DNA of 64,000 nucleotides from Pholidichthys leucotaenia (Eukaryota): NCBI GenBank assembly GCA_020510985.1, contig CM035846.1, positions 202,587,081 to 202,651,080 of the forward strand, read 5' to 3'. Shown piece by piece: positions 58,560 to 64,000 of this stretch (position 1 is its first letter; each line of letters starts with the position of its first letter). The notes under the pieces were generated by a model. It saw only the letters and a program-made list of their open reading frames with translations, ran no database searches and was not told where the DNA came from. The position numbers and the translations under genes were made by a program.

Positions 58560-60310
58560 TCCCAATCATGCACAAGCGAGGAGCCGAGGGAAGCAGCGCC
58601 GATGCTTGTCGGCCCCAGCAAGGAGTAAGTGCTCACACTGGCAGAAGCCCAGCCCCTCTCCAACATCACTAACTCTAACTCCACTACAGCGTCGTTCCAC
58701 CCTGGACCACCAGAGGAAAGCTCCCACTTCCTCGCCAGCATCCTCTCTCTCACCGAGGCAAGAGACTCCCGCAGCAGCCTCTTTTTTCTCTCTCTCCGGC
58801 TGTCCCGCCAGCCAATTCTCCCGCTGCATTTTTTTCTCCCTCCTCCTCAGTTACTCCTCCCGCTGTGCTGGAACTGGCCACCTCCCTCTCGGTTCCGTCC
58901 ATATCCATGACTCCAGGGGTAGCTCCTCCACATTCAATAGTGGGGCCCAAGTTCACCAGAGCCGTGGAGAGGGACGACTTCCCACACATGACATCAGAAA
59001 ACATCAAGGTCCCGGAAAACAGGCAAGTATTATTTCATTTCACTTCAGTTCATGATGAAATGTCTTGCCTGATTCCCAGTAGGGAGACTCAAGGAAAGCA
59101 GTCCCCTGAGCTCTCCCCACCTGCTGCTTTCATACATTGCTCACCTATCCTCTCTGTATCTCCTCTGCTTTTTCCTGAGTGTCCGCCGGCCCCAGAACAA
59201 AGCCGCCAGACGATGGAGGAGCCTGTGGCCCTGGAAAATCCCATGCCAGTGCCAGCACGGAGTCAAACTCCAGCTTCCACGTCGGAGGAGCCTCCAGCGT
59301 GGGTCATGGCAGCTGGGGCGACAAAGACTGCTATGACCGTCAATGCTGCTGCAGAGGCCCCCGCAGCAGTGTCAACTACCAAGCTGGATCTCCAGAGGGC
59401 TGAACCTGAGATGACATTGTCTGGATCGTTGGAGTCCTGGACGGTGGTGAAGCTCGAGCTCAGGCAAGTGCTCTCGTTTGTCTTTTTCCTTTCTGCATTA
59501 GAGCATTCTTGCCTGGCTCTTGGTGAGGAGAGCCAGGTGCAGCTGTCTGCTGCACCTGAGCTTGCCTCGCCGGGCTCTGCCGCTGTCAGTGACTCTGCAT
59601 CTCTGTGTTTTGTCTGAGCTTCCTCCCAGGGTCACAGGAGATGTTCCAGTACCACCAGAGGGCTCCGTGGGTCCAGGCTTGTTGCTGGAGGTCACCGTGG
59701 ATGCAGCTCCGTCCCAGCCCAGGACCTCCGTGGGTGCAGCTTCCCCTCTGCCTGAGGCTGTCGTGTGGGTTCCTCCTCAGCCTGAGTCTCCGTGGGTGCT
59801 GCGTTGCAGCCAGGGAACTTTGTGGGTGCTGTGCCCCAGTATGAGCCTGACGTGGGTACTGCGCTCCAGCTTGGGTCCGCCATGGGCACTGCGTCCCAGT
59901 CCAGGGCTCACCGAGGGTGCAGCATTGGCCCAGTCTGGAGCCACTGCAGGGTGCTGCAGAGCTCCAGCCCAGAGCCACCGAGGGTGTTGTAGTTCCCTCT
60001 CCTTCGCCGCCAGACGACGTCGTGGTCCCCTCTCCTTCGCAGCCAGACGACGTCGTGCCGCCAGACGACGTCGTGGTTCCCTCTCCTTCGCCACCAGACG
60101 ACGTCGTGGTTCCCTCTCCTTCCCTGCCAGACGATGTCGTGGTTCCTCCTCCCCGGCTCTCCTCTCCGTGGTTAAGTCTCCCAGTGGGGGAGCCACCTCC
60201 TGGAGCACCTCTCCTGTTCAGGTAGCTGAAGAACCCGAGGCCGGTGGTGGCTCTGGGGATGGCAGTCCCGCTCATAGCCACCGAAACTGTGTATTCATCC
60301 CCAGTTGACA
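58560..60310 (+). other. GC-rich Pro/Ser/Ala-rich open frames of unknown nature (possible host exon or low-complexity artefact)
   Basis: ORFs 58865..59617 and 59520..60308 (+) and 59586..60281 (-) overlap. No recognisable domain. Confidence 0.2.
59990..60165. repeat. 33-bp tandem repeat, ~5 units (encodes PSPSPPDDVVV in one frame)
   Basis: 'cctctccttcgccgccagacgacgtcgtggtc' repeated. Lies within a GC-rich stretch that has long overlapping ORFs on both strands. Confidence 0.7.
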
Positions 60311-60936
60311 GCTGATAAGGAGGGTGTCTAGCAACTGTAAGTTGTATGATAGTCTATTTGCGCTAAAATATCTATCCAAATTAATAAAACGAGTAATGCG
60401 AGTAACGCATCTGATCAAATTTCAGTAATTGTAATGCATTACTGAATTTTTAAACAGTAATTTCATTACACAGCACATTACTGCAAAAGTAGTGGCGTTA
60501 CAGTAACGCATTACTTTGTAACACATTACTCCCAAGACTGGATATAATCCAGACTTGGGAGTCAAGATTCTCCAGTAAACAACCAGACAGTTTCACAGTC
60601 CCATCTGGTGGACGACGCAGGAAATTTAGTATTTTTTTCTCTCTCTCTGAAATGGAATCTATGCATTTGTGAACAATAAATTAATTCATATTCTTTCTCT
60701 CAAGACAGCATCCACTACTGAAGACATGGTTGAACTCTGGAATGGACAATGGTGGTGAAATGTTTTTATTGATATGATTTGATATGTGTTGCTTTATTTT
60801 CAGGAGGAAATTAACTTTTGCATACCTACAAGCAGTTAGTCGCATGTACAATGTAGACATTGTGTGCTCTTTTTATCAAGTAGAATATCTTAGTCACTAA
60901 AGTTTTAAGAATTTATGCTTTCATAGACAGCACATT

Positions 60937-61195
60937 TCCGGGATTTCTCCGGTTTCCTCCCACATGCCAAAAACATGCAGGTTAGGTTAACTGGCATCAA
61001 AACTGGGGATTCTAAATTGTCCTTAGGTATGACTGTGAGAGTGAATGGTTGTCTGTCTCTCTGTGTTGGCCCTGTGATGGACTGGCGATCTGTCCAGGGT
61101 GTACCCTGCCTCTCGCCCTAAGATGCTGGGATAGGCTCCAGCCCCCCCGTGACCCGAAAAGGATTAAGCGGAAGAAGATGGCTGGATGGATGGAC
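60937..61195 (+). mobile_element. 5'-truncated copy of the same SINE as 26166-26571 (body plus tail, no tRNA head)
   Basis: …ccgggatttctccggtttcctcccacatgccaaaaacatgcaggttaggttaactgg…ggataggctccagcccccc…, then a (GGAT)-like tail. Confidence 0.65.
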
Positions 61196-61624
61196 AGCAC
61201 ACATACTTTAGGATTTCACTCTTCATATCAAATTTCTCTCTCTCCTCTGTCTGTGGGAGACCCCTACCTCAGAAATTTGAATGAACCAATGGGCTCCCAA
61301 ACCTATCTTCATTGCCTTTTTAGACAGTTTATGACTTCTGACAAACAAAGAAGCTCAAATGTAATTGGTTCAGCCCAGTTGTCATGAGCTTTAGCTCCAT
61401 CCTGCCACACCTGAGAAAAACTTGCTTTTGTTTCCTTTGTTCAGTTTTTGGGGCGTTGGTCAAGCTGTAAGGAGCAGACTTTTCTGCTCTTCCATTTTTT
61501 CTATCTTTTAAGTAGGCCCAGAGACTTCCAGGCTCTGTGAACATCCTATTTCTCTTCTTTTAAATTCACTTTCCCTTATTTTAATCCTTTTCGTTAAATT
61601 ACCATGTGAGAAGATTTTGTTTGA

Positions 61625-61655
61625 TTTTTTTTTTTTTTTTTTTTTTTTTGCTTAA
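61625..61655. repeat. poly(T) tract (~30 nt)
   Basis: Homopolymer run. Similar T-runs at 62425-62450, 43370-43390 and 26800-26830. Confidence 0.9.
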
Positions 61656-63088
61656 AACAACTCATTTAAACCACAAACATTGGAAGAAGTGGATTTGTGG
61701 TATGTTTTTGCCTTGGTTTGAATTTCTGATGGGACTTTGTACAATAAACCAATTCCTTCTTCAGTGCATAAGAGAAGACCACAGCCAGCCTGCTGAAGAA
61801 CCAGCCCTTTTGTGATCTCGGGAATAGGCCATAACCGTGGTAAGGAGCCTGTCTGCCAGTCTTCCAACAGAACCCACGCCGGTCCAGTTGAAACAGAATC
61901 CAGTGGACCACCTGCTACCTACTGGGACACAATGATTCCGCTTAGCTGATGGTCTGTTGTTTAATTTAAACTTAATTCTTCAGAATATTCCTGGTGTAAG
62001 TTCTTTAAACTTAATTTCATGCAAACCCCCATCAGAATTTCAGAATGGATTTTGTCCTTTCATTAACTTATATTCTTTTCAGAGTAACACCAATTTTCCA
62101 TTTTTATAAATAGTTTACTCATCATTTTCTTCATAAAATTCCATCCACTTTTCTTGACCAATGCTAGTTTATGGTTTTCCAATTTCCAGTATATCACCAA
62201 GTTAACCTAGGGTTCTTTGGTTCCACAAATGTTTGATTCACAAGTAACTCAGTAATAGTCTATGGTGCCCATGATACATGTTGAATTCTCTGTTTTAAAG
62301 TTATCCAAATATATTAACCTATTCTGACATTTCTTATTAAACCATTGAAAGACATATGGGAGTTATTGTTTGATTTCATGTCCATCTTCTCGATTATCAG
62401 TAGACAAGAACTCACAAGGTTTTTTTTTTTTTTTTTTTTTTAAGACTGATTCATCATTGGTACACATAAAGAATTGTTAATAAAATTGTCCATTATCTGG
62501 ACTGATGCCCTACGAGGATATGAGTGCAATGAAAATAAATCTTCATTCCTACTCACACTCATATTTACATTAATACTTGTACCAACAATAAAACACCTAT
62601 AAACCCATTAATCTAAATCCACTACAGTGGATATAAATTCTTAGAAAAAAGATGTAACAATATATTTTTAAGGACCACTCTCACCTCAATGTTTTTCATC
62701 AATACTAAAAAGAAAATGCTGTAGGAGTCAAGAATTGAGGAGACTGGATGATTTTTCCAGTATCTGCTTTAATTCTCATTCATCCTACGTCCTCTCTCGA
62801 TCGGAGTGAAAAGAGACAGGACGCAGTCACACACATACATTTATACACTCATCTCTAACAATACATCACACAAAAGTCTCAATACTCAGCTACATCCTTT
62901 CATCTGTAATAGAACACCCAGAGTCCTTCTGTTCTCCTCTCTGACCCCCAAAGGTCAGGCCGGGTAATCTTCTCCTCTCTCCTGAGTCCCCAGGGGGGTG
63001 CAGACACATCTTCCTCTTGAGGTGTGAAGTCAATACACATGGCTAGCTCAAAGTCTCTCTTGGCTGAATTCAGCCAGCCACATGTGAG

Positions 63089-64000
63089 TCACATAGGTTG
63101 CAGCTTAGGTTTCAATCTTCTCCCGAATCTGCTGTATGCAGGTCTCCTGCTCTGTGTTGGGCCGTCCTGCTGTGCATCTGTGGAGTGAGGGGGAGAAGGG
63201 TTATTTGCCCCCCGTGGGGGGTCCCAGGGGTGCCCCTTCGGAGGCCTGCCGCGTTGAGGCACGCCCGCCGGCCGTACAGACTCGTTATGCAACACAAAAG
63301 CAGGTTTTAATCTATTGATACTGATCGTCTCCCTCCTGCCCCCCAAATCTAGCACAAAATATTTCTCCCCGGTTTCCAGCACTCGAAATGGACCGTCGTA
63401 AGGTGGGCGGAGGCTATGCCGCTGCGCATCGTGCCTGACAAAAACAAACTCTGCGTCTCGTAAAGCCTGGGGCACGAACACACGCGGGAAAGAGTGATGA
63501 GCGGGGCCCGGGAGCATTTCTGCTCCCGTGTTACTCAGAGACCCCCGGATCGGGGGGGGCCCTGGTGCCGTGTGGTCGGGTAAAAACTCGCCTGGCAGCC
63601 TGAGCGGTTGCGCAAAGACCAATTCTGCTGGTGAGGCATCTAGATCCTCTTTGGGTGCCGAACGCAACCCCAATAAAACCCATGGTAGTTTGTTTACCCA
63701 ATCTGTGTCCGTCAGTGACGCTCTGAGGGCTGCCTTCAAAGACCTGTGAAAACGCTCGCATAAACCGTTGGCCTGGGGATGGTAAGCGGTCGTGCGATGT
63801 ACTGCCGCTCCTAAGCCGCTGGCCACTGCTGACCACAGTTCTGACGCAAATTGAGGTCCCCTATCAGACGTAATATCTGACGGGACCCCGAACCGCGCTA
63901 CCCAGGCTGTTAAAAAAGCGCGTGCCACCTCTGCCGCTGTGGTCGATGTTAACGGGACCACTTCCGGCCAACGAGTGGTTCGATCCACCATTGTCAAGAG
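63089..64000 (-). mobile_element. Gypsy integrase region (same family as 12699-13367). The element runs past the window end.
   Basis: ORF 63089..63997(-): MTMVDRTTRWPEVVPL…DRGPQFASELW…HPQANGLCERFH…FVFVRHDAQR…GPFRVLE. Confidence 0.75.

Overview
This 64 kb window is eukaryotic DNA and looks like a teleost-fish genome. It is not a prokaryotic locus. I see no operons, CRISPR arrays, rRNA genes or convincing host protein-coding genes. Nearly all of the sequence is nested transposable elements from at least eight superfamilies.

Four LTR retrotransposons are structurally complete:
- 15033-20492, plus strand: chromovirus-type Ty3/Gypsy element. gag and pol are nearly intact.
- 20617-26087, minus strand: chromovirus-type Ty3/Gypsy element. 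gag and pol are nearly intact.
- 31076-36556, minus strand: LTR retrotransposon with an uninterrupted ~1580-aa gag-pol ORF. This is probably a recently active element.
- 53304-57821, minus strand: Gypsy element with unusually short 139-bp LTRs.
Each of the four has target-site duplications that I could read directly from the flanks.

The other elements are:
- An LTR-retroelement remnant at 5972-9558, inserted into a ~150-bp satellite.
- LINE copies of several clades: L2/CR1-like, RTE-like, a ~4.2 kb LINE with ORF1 and ORF2, and an L1-like remnant.
- A Penelope-like element with a GIY-YIG endonuclease and inverted terminal repeats.
- Tc1/mariner remnants.
- Two copies of a tRNA-derived SINE.
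- A tRNA-like ~229-bp tandem array.
- Several minisatellites.
- A ~1.1 kb composite non-autonomous module, which I call E, present three times. It carries an hAT-transposase fragment and an antisense Gypsy-integrase fragment. It sits in two different hosts: a repeat I call Z-W, and an L2 LINE.

The most informative stretch is the nested-insertion region at 29.1-44 kb. The E module inserted into Z-W, and the intact LTR retrotransposon then inserted into E. Separately, an L2 LINE inserted into a minisatellite, and a second E copy inserted into that L2. I report the E module, with its conserved termini and CTAG 3' end, as a hypothesis only.
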